A stretch of 64,000 nt of DNA, taken from a bacterium. Its GTDB lineage: Bacteria; Bacillota_I; Bacilli_A; Izemoplasmatales; UBA1188. Below, piece by piece: positions 53,435-63,731 of this stretch. The DNA lies in NCBI GenBank assembly GCA_017960565.1, contig JAGCYY010000006.1, positions 36,675 through 100,674 on the forward strand. Direction: 5' to 3'. Numbering within the stretch: the stretch's first letter is position 1; each line of letters starts with the position of its first letter. The notes below the pieces were generated by a model. The model did not search any database. It saw only the letters and a program-made list of their open reading frames with translations, and was not told the origin of the DNA. The position numbers were made by a program, and so were the translations under genes.

Positions 53435-53486
53435 ATCTATGCACGAACTTTCTATGGACTAAAGTCCATGGCGGAAGGAGTTAAAA

Positions 53487-53702
53487 ATGAAGGAAAGAAT
53501 TCATCCTAAATATTACGAGGCTACAGTAACATGCGTAACATGTGGTTCAGTATTTAAAACTGGTTCAACTAGACCAGAAATTAAAGTTGATACATGTTCT
53601 AATTGTCATGCTTTCTACACAGGCAAACAAGTATTCACTCAAGCAGCTGGTAGAATTGATAAATTCAATAAACGTTACGGTCTCAAAAAAGAACAAGAAT
53701 AA
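53487..53702 (+). CDS. rpmE: 50S ribosomal protein L31 (zinc-ribbon, C+ type)
   Basis: MKERIHPKYYEATVTCVTCGSVFKTGSTRPEIKVDTCSNCHAFYTGKQ is a canonical L31 with CxxC...CxxC. GGAAGGAG RBS. Confidence 0.93.
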   Translation: MKERIHPKYYEATVTCVTCGSVFKTGSTRPEIKVDTCSNCHAFYTGKQVFTQAAGRIDKFNKRYGLKKEQE

Positions 53703-53807
53703 AAATATAAACAAGTCTACTGGTTGTGGACTTGTTTTATTTTATTATCTTGAAAATTATATTCTTAAATGATAATCTATTATATGGTATTTCGGAGGTT
53801 TTTTAGA

Positions 53808-54392
53808 ATGAAAAAATTTGGTTCTATCGAAGTTATTTGTGGTCCGATGTTCGCTGGTAAAACAGAGGAATTATTGAGAAGGATAAGAAGACTTGAATAT
53901 GCTCACAAACACGTTGTTCTTTTTAAGCCATTAATAGATGATAGGTATGAGAAATCATATATTGTAAGCCATAACCATAATAAAGCGATGTGTGTTGCAA
54001 TAAAAACTTCTAATGAAATGCTTAAATATGTAAAGGATGATGTAGATGCTGTCGTTATTGATGAATTTCAATTCTTAGATGATGATGCGGTTGATATTGC
54101 AATCAGTTTTTCAAGAAGAGGAATACGAGTTATTGCATCAGGACTAGATAGAGACTTTAGAGATGAACCATTCAATAATATGCCAAGATTACTTGCACAT
54201 GCTGACCTTGTCACAAAGCTGACAGCTATTTGTGTTAAATGCGGTGAACCAGCTACATGTACACAAAGAATGATAGATGGTAAGCCTGCCCCTTACAACA
54301 ATCCACAAATTCTAGTTGGAGCAAGCGAGTCTTATGAAGCACGTTGTGCAACATGCCATGAAGTTCCAGGAAAGATATATAAATATGAATAA
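53808..54392 (+). CDS. tdk: Thymidine kinase
   Basis: Start ATG 53808 after GGAGG. GPMFAGKTEEL P-loop, VIDEFQF, and C-terminal CVKCG...CATCH zinc motif. Confidence 0.9.
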   Translation: MKKFGSIEVICGPMFAGKTEELLRRIRRLEYAHKHVVLFKPLIDDRYEKSYIVSHNHNKAMCVAIKTSNEMLKYVKDDVDAVVIDEFQFLDDDAVDIAISFSRRGIRVIASGLDRDFRDEPFNNMPRLLAHADLVTKLTAICVKCGEPATCTQRMIDGKPAPYNNPQILVGASESYEARCATCHEVPGKIYKYE

Positions 54393-54822
54393 TCTATATA
54401 TGAATGAAGCCTTAAATGAAGCTAAAAAAGCGTATGCATTAGATGAAGTTCCAGTGGGCGCAATTATTGTACTAGATGGTAAAATTATCGGAAGAGGATA
54501 TAACGAAAGGATAAGGGATAATCGTATTTCTTCTCACGCTGAAATAAAAGCGATTGAAGATGCTGAAAAAACACTTGGAAGACTCAACTTAGAAGGCGCA
54601 GAAATATATGTGACACTTGAACCTTGCCCAATGTGTTCCTTTGCGATAATGGAATCACATATATCAAAACTCTACTATGGAGCAAAAGATGAAAAACGAG
54701 GAGCGATTTCAAATCTCGATATATTCAATAAAAAATTAGGTTCAAAAGTTGAAGTTTATGGTAATATATTAGATGAGGAAAGCAGCGAATTGCTTAAGTC
54801 TTTCTTTAAAGAAAAGAGGTAA
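54385..54822 (+). CDS. tadA: tRNA-specific adenosine deaminase
   Basis: Start ATG 54385 (8-nt overlap with tdk; ATG 54400 is also possible). EVPVGAIIV, HAEIKAI and PCPMC deaminase zinc motifs. Confidence 0.88.
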   Translation: MNNLYMNEALNEAKKAYALDEVPVGAIIVLDGKIIGRGYNERIRDNRISSHAEIKAIEDAEKTLGRLNLEGAEIYVTLEPCPMCSFAIMESHISKLYYGAKDEKRGAISNLDIFNKKLGSKVEVYGNILDEESSELLKSFFKEKR

Positions 54823-54930
54823 TCTCTTATGAAGAATCCTTGCTCAAGGTGTATTGAGTGAATTAGGTCAGGTCTTGACGGAAGCAGCCTTAAGGTCGGT
54901 CGTCTGTGGGTAGGGATTCTTGATAAGAGA
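54823..54930 (+). ncRNA. ffs: Small (4.5S-type) signal recognition particle RNA
   Basis: Terminal helix TCTCTTATGAAGAATCC...GGATTCTTGATAAGAGA. Conserved domain IV sequence AGGTCAGGTC...GGAAGCAGCC. Followed by TTATTTTTT. Lies immediately downstream of tadA, as scr does in Bacillus subtilis. Confidence 0.8.
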
Positions 54931-54943
54931 TTATTTTTTATAA

Positions 54944-54975
54944 CAAAAACAACAGGGTTTTACCTGTTGTTTTCA
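54944..54975. terminator. Bidirectional terminator between ffs and the gtrA-like gene
   Basis: AACAACAGG-gttttа-like loop-CCTGTTGTT (54948-54971), with a flanking A-run and T-run. Overlaps the gtrA-like stop codon. Confidence 0.7.
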
Positions 54976-55487
54976 TTAATGTTCTCTTTTTCTTCTTTTC
55001 TCTTTCTTGATCTTTTAAATACAAAACCAAGAGCGATGTAGAAAGGTGGAATAAGAATGATGGATGCAACTAGATTAGATAATGTCCTAAGCCAGCCTGA
55101 TGGATCTGAATCTAAACTAAATATAATCATTGCCAGATACCAAATCAATAAAGTAAATAGATATGTTAGAACGAATCTCAATATAAATGCTAGAAATGCT
55201 TCTAAAAATGTTTTGGTATCATTATTTCTTTCATTATATGTAAATCTTGCGTTTGCAAAATATGAAAATAATGAAGCAATTAGAAAAGCTAATAGTGTAG
55301 ATGTACCCATAGATATGTAATACATTATACCAGCATCTTTGGTTGATATATCGGTTGTACTAGATATATCAAATATATATATCATGCCCTTCATTACTGC
55401 AAAATTGATTACTGTGTTTATAACACCAATGACACAAAATATTAGAAAGTTTTTTGTGAAGAATTTTTCTTTAATAAATTTAAACAT
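54960..55487 (-). CDS. GtrA-family membrane protein (polyprenol-linked sugar translocation)
   Basis: Start ATG 55487 (ATGTTTAA overlap with the GT2 stop). 4 TM helices. FLIFCVIGVINTVINFAVM and ARFTYN are typical of GtrA-like proteins. Confidence 0.75.
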   Translation of the reverse strand: MFKFIKEKFFTKNFLIFCVIGVINTVINFAVMKGMIYIFDISSTTDISTKDAGIMYYISMGTSTLLAFLIASLFSYFANARFTYNERNNDTKTFLEAFLAFILRFVLTYLFTLLIWYLAMIIFSLDSDPSGWLRTLSNLVASIILIPPFYIALGFVFKRSRKRKEEKENINENNR

Positions 55488-56409
55488 CTTTTTCACCAAG
55501 TGATGATTCTTCTATAAAGTATAGAGGTCTCTTCATCGCTTCTTTTCTTGTTGAATAGAGGACATATAATACGAAATATAGACTAATATTTGTGACGAAC
55601 ATTAAAATAGATAATATTAATAAAATAATAAATGTATCTACTGAATTAAATATTCCAAAAATTTCAAGAACCACAGTTGTGATAATCGATAAGAAACTAA
55701 TTATAGATGCAACAACAGGGACAACCAAGAAAAAACTTGAAAATTCATTTAATCCTGAAATACCGTATTTAAATAATTTCTTAAAATTCCATTTTGATTT
55801 GCCTTTAGTTCTATCAACATATTCAAACTCTAAACAGTATTTTTTATATCCTACAAAAGAAAGAAGCCCTTTCATAAATCTAAATTCGTCTGGCATCTCT
55901 ACAAATGCTTTAACAACTTGTTTATCAACCATCATAAAATCTTTTGTAGATTGTTCAATAGGGACATCTGCATGTTTATTGAAGAATGAATAGAACATTC
56001 TTGCCCATAGTTTTCTTCCAAAACCTTCTTTTTTTCTTGAATTTTGTTTTGTATAGATTATCTTATATCCTTCGTTGTATTTTGATACCATCTCACTAAT
56101 TAGATATGGTGGGTGTTGAAGGTCTGCATCTATAATTATCACAGCATCAAAATCAAGAGATTCTTTTAACCCAGCATACATAGCGTTTTCTTTACCAAAA
56201 TTTCTTGAAAATGAAATATAGTTTATTTTTGGATCTTTCTCTCTTAGTTCCTTGATTTTATTTAATGTTCCATCTTTTGAACCATCATCAACAAATAGAT
56301 ATTCATATTCAAACCCACTAGATTTGAGATATGGTTCAACGTTGTTATAAAAATCATTTATGCAATCTTCTTCATTGTAAGCTGGAATTATTACTCTCAA
56401 GTTTAGCAT
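55480..56409 (-). CDS. Family 2 glycosyltransferase, polyprenol-phosphate sugar transferase type (CsbB/GtrB-like)
   Basis: VIIPAYNEE, VDDGSKDGT and IIDADLQHPP (DxD region), plus two C-terminal TM helices. Confidence 0.85.
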   Translation of the reverse strand: MLNLRVIIPAYNEEDCINDFYNNVEPYLKSSGFEYEYLFVDDGSKDGTLNKIKELREKDPKINYISFSRNFGKENAMYAGLKESLDFDAVIIIDADLQHPPYLISEMVSKYNEGYKIIYTKQNSRKKEGFGRKLWARMFYSFFNKHADVPIEQSTKDFMMVDKQVVKAFVEMPDEFRFMKGLLSFVGYKKYCLEFEYVDRTKGKSKWNFKKLFKYGISGLNEFSSFFLVVPVVASIISFLSIITTVVLEIFGIFNSVDTFIILLILSILMFVTNISLYFVLYVLYSTRKEAMKRPLYFIEESSLGEKDV

Positions 56410-59400
56410 TTTCTTTGCCTCCTTTTTTCTTAATTAATAACGATATAGATACTATTCCTAGATAGAATATAATAGAAGCTATAGATACTATTGCACCTAA
56501 TTTTAAACCATTTGGAATAAATTGTAATGTTATATCGTTTGATTGAATATTTTTTGGAACAACAAGTCCAATAAAGCCACCATTTACTTTAATTATATCC
56601 TCAACTTCTCCAGATACTACCTTCCATTCGCTAGAATATGCGGTAGGAATCATAATCATATCATAGCCTTCTTCTTGTTCTTTTGTATATGATATATTGA
56701 TTTTTGATCTCTTTGTAGAGATTTTTTTGTTTTGGTATGAGTCTTGATATGTTTCGTTTAATGAATATGATAATAATTTTATTGTTGGTGGAGTAGCAAG
56801 ATTATATATTTCGTTTGTTTTTATAATGTATATATTGACTAATCTTCTATCTATCGTCATTTCACTACTTGCTGACTCAATACTTCCATCATCATATTCA
56901 AATAGCACTGTGTCGAATGGCAAGCTCTTAGTCCCAGAATCTCTTAATACTACACTTATTATTTTGTTATCATATTCTTTGTCGACACGAAATCTAAGTG
57001 CCGCAGATAAGCCGTCGTTTGCTGGGATTTCGCGACCATTTTCATAGTTATTTACTTCCTTAATTGATGGGAATATTCCTTCTACTGTATATGATAGAGT
57101 AGGAACAGGTGATAAAGTGGTAGTTCCTTCTTCTGCAAGAACATATAAACTTTTTGGTTTTAGTTCATATTTGTTATCGCTACCATAGACAGGTATATGG
57201 AATGTTGAACCATTTTTGCTTCCGACATGTTCTCTTGTTATATATCGTTGTTCTAAGTTCTCAAATTCTAAGAACATATTGTTGTTTTCTGTTAATTCTT
57301 CAACTCTATTTGAAAAGCTAAATATATTTATAGCATAGCTTCTGGAAGTTATTTCATCATCATCGGTAAAGTTATATTTATAATATAGTTTATCGTTTAT
57401 GTTTACAATTTCTTTGTTGTAAGCAGAGATAGATTGTTGTTGTTTATAGATTGTTGTTGTGCTGATTTCTTCTACTGCTTCACCAATTTTATTTGTTAAG
57501 TTATATCCTTGTAGTTTATCTAATAATTCATCGTCAACAACAGCTACATTGGTTAATTCTTTTTCTTTTGATACTTCATTAAGTGATTTGGTCACTTTTT
57601 TGAAATTATCAAAGCTTGTATACTCATCATAAACTAAGAATTCTTGATAATCTTTGAATTTTAATAAAATGTAATCATCGTTTTTAGTGACAAGATCAAA
57701 AATGTTTTCATCATAATTTGCAAAAGATGATTCATTTGTCGCAACAACATATTTATATCCTAAAAAAACATTTAAATAATAAGAATATGTATTTAAGGCT
57801 TTTTTAGATGCCTGTCCTTCGTTTTTAATATCAAATATTAATTCAACAACTTCATCTGTGCCAGCATATATGAATGAATGGAATATATCAGAGTTGGCAC
57901 CTGTCGGTATTAAACTTGATGTGTTTGTCCTTAAAATGTTTGGTATAGATGAATCTACATATATCTTATATATAGCTGGTTCGTCTATATTCTGTTCTAA
58001 AAAATTTGATAATTTATATGAATTTACAAAAGTCGTTTCTTTTCCTTCGTTGATCACACTTGCACCAAAAGAGAAACACCCGCTTAAAACCACTTCTATT
58101 CCAAGAACAATTCCAAATACCACTTTCTTATTATTTAGAATCGCGAAAGTATTTATAATCATAATTGCGAGAATTAAGATAGATAGATATTGTTGGCCAA
58201 CCTGGACATTGATATCAAATAGATCAGCATCAGAACCAAAATTTTTAGACCATATCTCATTAGATACCTTACCATAATCTATTAGAAGCATGGTTGCGAT
58301 TAAGGCTATTATCAGTATTGTCGATATGATTATTAAGATTGTTTTAAGTTTTTTATGCTTTTCTTCTTTTTTCTTTGCCTTAATATTTAATACGATACAA
58401 GACAAGAAAAGAATAAAGAGAGCTAATATTGTTAAATAGAATAGATTGTTTATAAATTTTATGACTTCAGGATTTATTGATGATGAGATAGCGATTGCCC
58501 TTGTTTTTGCGAGGTGATGATAAGCTCCAAATATTCCAAAGAACAAAAGAACTAATAATCCTATTATTGTTGGCTTTTCATTGAGGTTATATAGTCCGTT
58601 TTCGTTTACTGCATAAGCACTCGCAAGTAGAATTGGAATTGTCACAACGTTAAACCATCTAGTATATAAAACGTCTAGACTTCCAGATAAAATATATGAA
58701 AAGAAAGGAAGCCACATCATAAATATAGAAAGCAGGATAACTGCTTTATAAACGTTGCTTCTTCTATCTTTCATCGACCATATATATGTTGATAAAACAA
58801 GACCTATTCCAGTTACATAAAGCGATATATGTTCGATTAAATAGCTACTTTGATATCCATAAAACGATGATGGATAGAGTGGTGTGAATGTTGTAGTCAT
58901 AACCCTATAATATTCTTCAACATTAAAGAAAGAAGGTAGTACTAATATATCACCAACATAACGCCTTACAGAAACTGATTTATATAGATATCTTAACTGG
59001 ACAAATGAATCTTGAATTATGCTATAACTATGCATAAAGCCTTTAGGCGTTGTAAAAAGCCTAAAGACAGCTTTAGCGCTGCAAACAATGAAAGTTATAA
59101 ACACATCTATATATGTTTCAAACATAATGAATAGTGACTTTAAGCTACCGCCACCAGCTACTTCTCTTGAGGTTGATTGAAGCACAAATTCAATGCTTGG
59201 GAAAAACACAACAAATGCCATAAGAAGGCCGAGAACGATTAAAAGAACATATGTAATTAGTTTTAAAACTGATTTAAATATATTTCTCTTTTCCATCAAA
59301 AGCATAAACAAAAGAGAAAAAGCCATAAAGGCAAAGACAGTATAAGCTAGGTAATAATTATAGAATACTAGAAGCATTGAATATAGTGGAACAAAGTACC

Positions 59401-59995
59401 ATTTCCCTTTTAGGAAATAATGACCAATAATAAGAGAAAAAGGAAGATAAAATGCTAAACTAGTAAAACTTGGAAAACAAGAAAAGCATGTTATTCCGGA
59501 AGATGAAAAATATAATAATCCAATTAAGAAAGATGTTTTTGGTTTATATCCTTTTACTGCTAAATATGCACCTATAGCTACAGCACCAGCAATAAGCTTT
59601 ACTATTTCTATAATACTCATTGCAATTTCGGTATTCATCAAAAATGACAGAATAAAGATTGCTAAAGTGAAGCCATCAAGTGGAATATAGTATGTGTCAG
59701 AAAAAATGCTAGATCCTAAATAATTCTTAAATGAATACCAGGAGAAGTTCCCGCTTTTAATGTTGTCAATAAAATCGCACATAAATGGATAGTATTGAAG
59801 AGAATCATCTGACCAGTTGTTGTAGAAGTTGTTTCTGAATATCAATATTACAAGAAAATATATTGCCATAATGATAAGAAGCATTGAAGCAAGGAAAGTT
59901 AATGCTTTTTTGTTTGAAGAAAAAACGTTCTCAAAAAACGATTTTATTTTTTCTTTAAATGTCTTCTTTTCTTTAATATCAATTATCCCTTCCAT
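56372..59995 (-). CDS. YfhO-family polytopic membrane glycosyltransferase (GT-C-like), unusually long (1207 aa)
   Basis: About 14 N-terminal TM helices with YfhO-like sequence (SDDSLQYYPFMCDF), a large extracytoplasmic C-terminal part and a final TM helix. Genetic linkage to GT2 and GtrA mirrors csbB-yfhO. Confidence 0.7.
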   Translation of the reverse strand: MEGIIDIKEKKTFKEKIKSFFENVFSSNKKALTFLASMLLIIMAIYFLVILIFRNNFYNNWSDDSLQYYPFMCDFIDNIKSGNFSWYSFKNYLGSSIFSDTYYIPLDGFTLAIFILSFLMNTEIAMSIIEIVKLIAGAVAIGAYLAVKGYKPKTSFLIGLLYFSSSGITCFSCFPSFTSLAFYLPFSLIIGHYFLKGKWYFVPLYSMLLVFYNYYLAYTVFAFMAFSLLFMLLMEKRNIFKSVLKLITYVLLIVLGLLMAFVVFFPSIEFVLQSTSREVAGGGSLKSLFIMFETYIDVFITFIVCSAKAVFRLFTTPKGFMHSYSIIQDSFVQLRYLYKSVSVRRYVGDILVLPSFFNVEEYYRVMTTTFTPLYPSSFYGYQSSYLIEHISLYVTGIGLVLSTYIWSMKDRRSNVYKAVILLSIFMMWLPFFSYILSGSLDVLYTRWFNVVTIPILLASAYAVNENGLYNLNEKPTIIGLLVLLFFGIFGAYHHLAKTRAIAISSSINPEVIKFINNLFYLTILALFILFLSCIVLNIKAKKKEEKHKKLKTILIIISTILIIALIATMLLIDYGKVSNEIWSKNFGSDADLFDINVQVGQQYLSILILAIMIINTFAILNNKKVVFGIVLGIEVVLSGCFSFGASVINEGKETTFVNSYKLSNFLEQNIDEPAIYKIYVDSSIPNILRTNTSSLIPTGANSDIFHSFIYAGTDEVVELIFDIKNEGQASKKALNTYSYYLNVFLGYKYVVATNESSFANYDENIFDLVTKNDDYILLKFKDYQEFLVYDEYTSFDNFKKVTKSLNEVSKEKELTNVAVVDDELLDKLQGYNLTNKIGEAVEEISTTTIYKQQQSISAYNKEIVNINDKLYYKYNFTDDDEITSRSYAINIFSFSNRVEELTENNNMFLEFENLEQRYITREHVGSKNGSTFHIPVYGSDNKYELKPKSLYVLAEEGTTTLSPVPTLSYTVEGIFPSIKEVNNYENGREIPANDGLSAALRFRVDKEYDNKIISVVLRDSGTKSLPFDTVLFEYDDGSIESASSEMTIDRRLVNIYIIKTNEIYNLATPPTIKLLSYSLNETYQDSYQNKKISTKRSKINISYTKEQEEGYDMIMIPTAYSSEWKVVSGEVEDIIKVNGGFIGLVVPKNIQSNDITLQFIPNGLKLGAIVSIASIIFYLGIVSISLLIKKKGGKENAKLESNNSSLQ

Positions 59996-60078
59996 ATTAA
60001 TTAATTATATCATAATATAAAAAATAAAAGAGAACTTAAGAATAAATTCTCTTTTATCGATATTTATTATTGTTTTAA

Positions 60079-61335
60079 TTACATCACACTAACATTCTTA
60101 ATTTTAAGATATTTAGGGCCATTGTATCCTTTAATTTTAACTATTTCTTTAGAGGTTGTTAAAGTGTTTAGTGCATTTTTGAAGCTTCCACTGAATGAGA
60201 ATCCGCTTACTGGAATTTCTTCTTCGCCATTATGGTATATTCCAAGTCTTACTTCACCACCTATATAATCTCCTCTAACATCTATTTGAATGCCTGATAA
60301 AGCAATTATTTCTATATATTTGCCTTTTTTAAGAGAATCAAGTGATTTACTACCTTTCTTGACTTGTATTTCATCAGGGACACCGCTTGGATCTATTCCA
60401 AGATATTGTCCCATAACATTATCACCATAGTATGATGTTAGTGCACCTTTATCAACAACATTAAATTTCTTTAATAATAAACCATCATTATCAAATGCTT
60501 TTGCTTTAGATGATGGTGCTAAAGTTATAGATAATTTTGTTTTAGCATTAGCATCTACAAGCATATCTCCTGGTTTCTTATCTGTTGCACCACTAAATAC
60601 CATGCGATATGAATAATCATCTATAAAACTCTCAAAGAATTCACCACAATCATTGTCTTTAAGAATAACGTCACATTTTTTGATTTTTGGTAGTTTAACA
60701 GCTTTATACCTTGCCTTAACGTCTTCTAAAGCTTGTTTAACGTTTGATTCTATTTGATCATAATCAAGAACTGGATAACTATCAAATTTATAGATTTCAA
60801 CTTTGTTGTCTCCATCATATGATGGAATTGATTCTATTTCTAGATTGTAGTTTGTCTTTGTGAGATTAACACCTTTTGAATTTACAACGTGGGTTGTGAG
60901 TTCGTTATAGAATAGTTCTACTGCATTAAATTTTAGGTTTGGAGTAGCATATTTTGTATAGATGTCATAAACTTTTTTGGTAATTGTTTCAAATGAATCA
61001 TTAAATGGAGCATCTTTAAATGATTTTTTCTTTTGCCCATTAACTAGATTAAAGTCTTTATTTGAAACAAAAGTTGCTGCATAAACTGCATCTTTTATTA
61101 ACTTTTCTAGTTCTTTGTTTGAAACTTTATGACTTAAATTAAAATCTGATGAGCCAATTAGATTGTTGTGTCTATTGTATACTGTTACTTGGTATTCACA
61201 TGTCTCAACAAGTCTAGTAGTCTCGAGTTTAGAAAGCACAAAGAATGCTTGGTGAGATTTTTCTGTTCTTTCTATGATACGATAATCATCTACGCCTTCA
61301 ACTTGATTTAAAACTTTAACTAATTGCTTAATCAT
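60079..61335 (-). CDS. pmbA: PmbA/TldE-family protein (TldD partner)
   Basis: Start ATG 61335 (MIKQLVKVLNQVEGVDDYRI), 4-nt overlap with the tldD stop. Family assigned from its position as the partner gene just downstream of tldD plus general PmbA/TldE-like sequence; no diagnostic motif identified. Confidence 0.7.
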   Translation of the reverse strand: MIKQLVKVLNQVEGVDDYRIIERTEKSHQAFFVLSKLETTRLVETCEYQVTVYNRHNNLIGSSDFNLSHKVSNKELEKLIKDAVYAATFVSNKDFNLVNGQKKKSFKDAPFNDSFETITKKVYDIYTKYATPNLKFNAVELFYNELTTHVVNSKGVNLTKTNYNLEIESIPSYDGDNKVEIYKFDSYPVLDYDQIESNVKQALEDVKARYKAVKLPKIKKCDVILKDNDCGEFFESFIDDYSYRMVFSGATDKKPGDMLVDANAKTKLSITLAPSSKAKAFDNDGLLLKKFNVVDKGALTSYYGDNVMGQYLGIDPSGVPDEIQVKKGSKSLDSLKKGKYIEIIALSGIQIDVRGDYIGGEVRLGIYHNGEEEIPVSGFSFSGSFKNALNTLTTSKEIVKIKGYNGPKYLKIKNVSVM

Positions 61336-62735
61336 CCTATCTTTACCTTCGCTTTCAATGATGCACCGCCATCGCTGACGCGTACCCATTCTTTATATCC
61401 TTTTCCACAAGACCCTGATCCTGTAACTTTGAAGTTTGTTCCAATGGCTTCGATTGATTCTAACAGATCAATTACATAGCCACTCATAACTACCGGAGCT
61501 ACGATTTTACCTGTAAATTTACCATCTTTAATTTCACGGCCATATGCTGCAGAACATTGAATTCCCCAGTTTTTAGGATCTTCCATACCGTTGTCTGTAT
61601 CAAAGATCATATATCCGTAATCAACGCTCTTTATCATATCTTCTACGGATGTATTACCGCCTTCAAAGAAAGTATTTGTCATCCTTGTATAAGCTTTTCT
61701 TTTGTAAGATTGTCTTCTTCCGTTTCCTGTAGGTTTTGTACCAAGTTCACTTGCTGAAAGCATATCAGATATGCCTCTTCTTAAAATTCCTTTTTCTATA
61801 ATAACTGTGTCTTGTGCTACAACACCATCATCATCAAAGAAATAAGAAGCTGCTGAATGATGAGCGCTTGCGCCATCGTGCATAGTAACAAGAGGTGATG
61901 CTACTTGTTTGTTCATATAATCAAGAGATTTAGCTCTGTCTTTAACAAACATGTCCATTTCTACACCATGACCGAATGCTTCATGAACAATTAATCCTGT
62001 GATAGTTGGGTCAGTGATAATTGTGTAGAATCCAGGTTTTGGAGGTACAGCATCTAGTAATTCTACAGCGGTTTTCTTAGCATAATCGATGATTGATTGG
62101 ATACCGTTTATACCTTCTTCAAATGTTGCATATCCTTCTCCTGAATATGCATCTCTAACATTTTCGCCTCTTCTTGCAAGAGCATACGCCATAGCATTAG
62201 TCCATGTATAATACTGTGTTAGTTCTTTGTTTTTAGAGATGAACATTTTTGAATATTCATTTATCTCAATAGCAACTGTGATATTAAACACGATGTCATC
62301 TAGATTGTTTTTAGGGAAAGCACTAATTATATCAACTACTTCGTTTATTTCGTAGTTCTTTCCTGTGTCCTTTCTTATGAAGTCCTTTACTAGAGGTTCT
62401 TCATTGATGTCTACTGTCTTAACAACAGGTAGGCCTTTCTTAGTTAATGCTTCTTTTTTGATTGTTTCAACTATTGAATCAAAGTTTTTATCGTTTATTT
62501 CGTTTATTGAATATTCAAAATAAACATCGGTTCCTTTTACCTTCACAACAAATCCAGATTCTGTTAAAGAGCTGTTTCGAACTGAAGTGAGTGCTCTATC
62601 AGCGTGAACTTGTGTTCCTTTTACATCGGTTCCTAAGCAACTTACATATTCAAAGTCTTTGCCAAGAGTTTCAACCAATTTTTTTATTATTGGTTTCTTC
62701 TTTTTTAAATAGTTAGAAAAACGATTGCTTACCAT
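61332..62735 (-). CDS. tldD: TldD-family metalloprotease
   Basis: 467 aa. The HEAFGHGVE (HExxxH) motif and the GSCGKG C-terminal motif are typical of TldD. Confidence 0.85.
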   Translation of the reverse strand: MVSNRFSNYLKKKKPIIKKLVETLGKDFEYVSCLGTDVKGTQVHADRALTSVRNSSLTESGFVVKVKGTDVYFEYSINEINDKNFDSIVETIKKEALTKKGLPVVKTVDINEEPLVKDFIRKDTGKNYEINEVVDIISAFPKNNLDDIVFNITVAIEINEYSKMFISKNKELTQYYTWTNAMAYALARRGENVRDAYSGEGYATFEEGINGIQSIIDYAKKTAVELLDAVPPKPGFYTIITDPTITGLIVHEAFGHGVEMDMFVKDRAKSLDYMNKQVASPLVTMHDGASAHHSAASYFFDDDGVVAQDTVIIEKGILRRGISDMLSASELGTKPTGNGRRQSYKRKAYTRMTNTFFEGGNTSVEDMIKSVDYGYMIFDTDNGMEDPKNWGIQCSAAYGREIKDGKFTGKIVAPVVMSGYVIDLLESIEAIGTNFKVTGSGSCGKGYKEWVRVSDGGASLKAKVKIG

Positions 62736-62741
62736 TCTTTT

Positions 62742-63731
62742 TTATTTCCTTTCGTAATTTATTATTTTTTCTTTATAGTTTAATATTAATTCTTCTAGAT
62801 CAGCTTGTGTGGTTGTTTCATTTAATGTGCTTTTAAATACAGCGCTATCTTTCATTCCTTTTACATACCAAGCCGCATGTGTTCTCATCTCCATGACAGC
62901 AATCTTTTCACCTTTTAATTCTTTTAAATAGTGAAAATGTTCAAGCATAGTATCAAATTTGATGAGATTGTTTGTTTTCTCATAGGTTCCTTTTGTGAGA
63001 TAATCATTGATTTCTTTAAATATAAATGGGTTTCCCATTGCAGCTCTTCCTACCATTACATAGTCACATCCGGTTTCATCTAACATTCTTTTAGCGTCTT
63101 CTGGGGTCTTGATGTCACCATTACCGATTACTGGGATCGATAGATTATCTTTAATTTCTTTTATTATCATCCAATCTGCGTTTCCTTTAAATAGATCAGT
63201 TTTGGTTCTTGGATGTATTGCGATCGCTGAAGCGCCAGCTCTTTCTATTGCCTTCGCAACTTCTAGATAGTTTTTGTGTTTATGATCGAAACCAGATCTT
63301 ATTTTAACAGTAACTGGTGTAGTCACCGAATGAACAACTTCTTTTACAATTTCATAAACATAATCTGGGTCTTTTAAAAGCGCAGCACCTGCACCGCTTC
63401 TTAAAATCTTAGGCACAGAGCATCCCATATTTATATCTATGATATCTGGATGCGCAATTTCTTCAACAATCTTAGCGGCGCTTGCGAGTTCTTCTTTTTT
63501 GTTTCCAAAGATTTGAATAGAAAATGGTCTAAGTGATTCATCAAATTTTAAAAGACTTAGTGTTTTTTCGTTGTGATAGATAAGCCCTTTATCAGAAACC
63601 ATTTCTGAGCACAAAAGACCATCATTATATTTTCTTACAACATAAAAGAATGCTTCGTTTGTGACACCAGCCATTGGCGCGAGAATAAGCTTACTTCTGA
63701 GTTCTACATTTCCTATTTTATTCATTGTCAT
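62742..63731 (-). CDS. dusB: tRNA-dihydrouridine synthase
   Basis: [25 protein letters not shown] (catalytic Cys), TVKIRSG, HPRT. Confidence 0.88.
   Translation of the reverse strand: MTMNKIGNVELRSKLILAPMAGVTNEAFFYVVRKYNDGLLCSEMVSDKGLIYHNEKTLSLLKFDESLRPFSIQIFGNKKEELASAAKIVEEIAHPDIIDINMGCSVPKILRSGAGAALLKDPDYVYEIVKEVVHSVTTPVTVKIRSGFDHKHKNYLEVAKAIERAGASAIAIHPRTKTDLFKGNADWMIIKEIKDNLSIPVIGNGDIKTPEDAKRMLDETGCDYVMVGRAAMGNPFIFKEINDYLTKGTYEKTNNLIKFDTMLEHFHYLKELKGEKIAVMEMRTHAAWYVKGMKDSAVFKSTLNETTTQADLEELILNYKEKIINYERK

Noticed and set aside
53542-53772. A 76-aa plus-strand ORF overlapping rpmE
   Set aside because: It is an alternative frame of the well-supported L31 gene plus its downstream region, and has no RBS.
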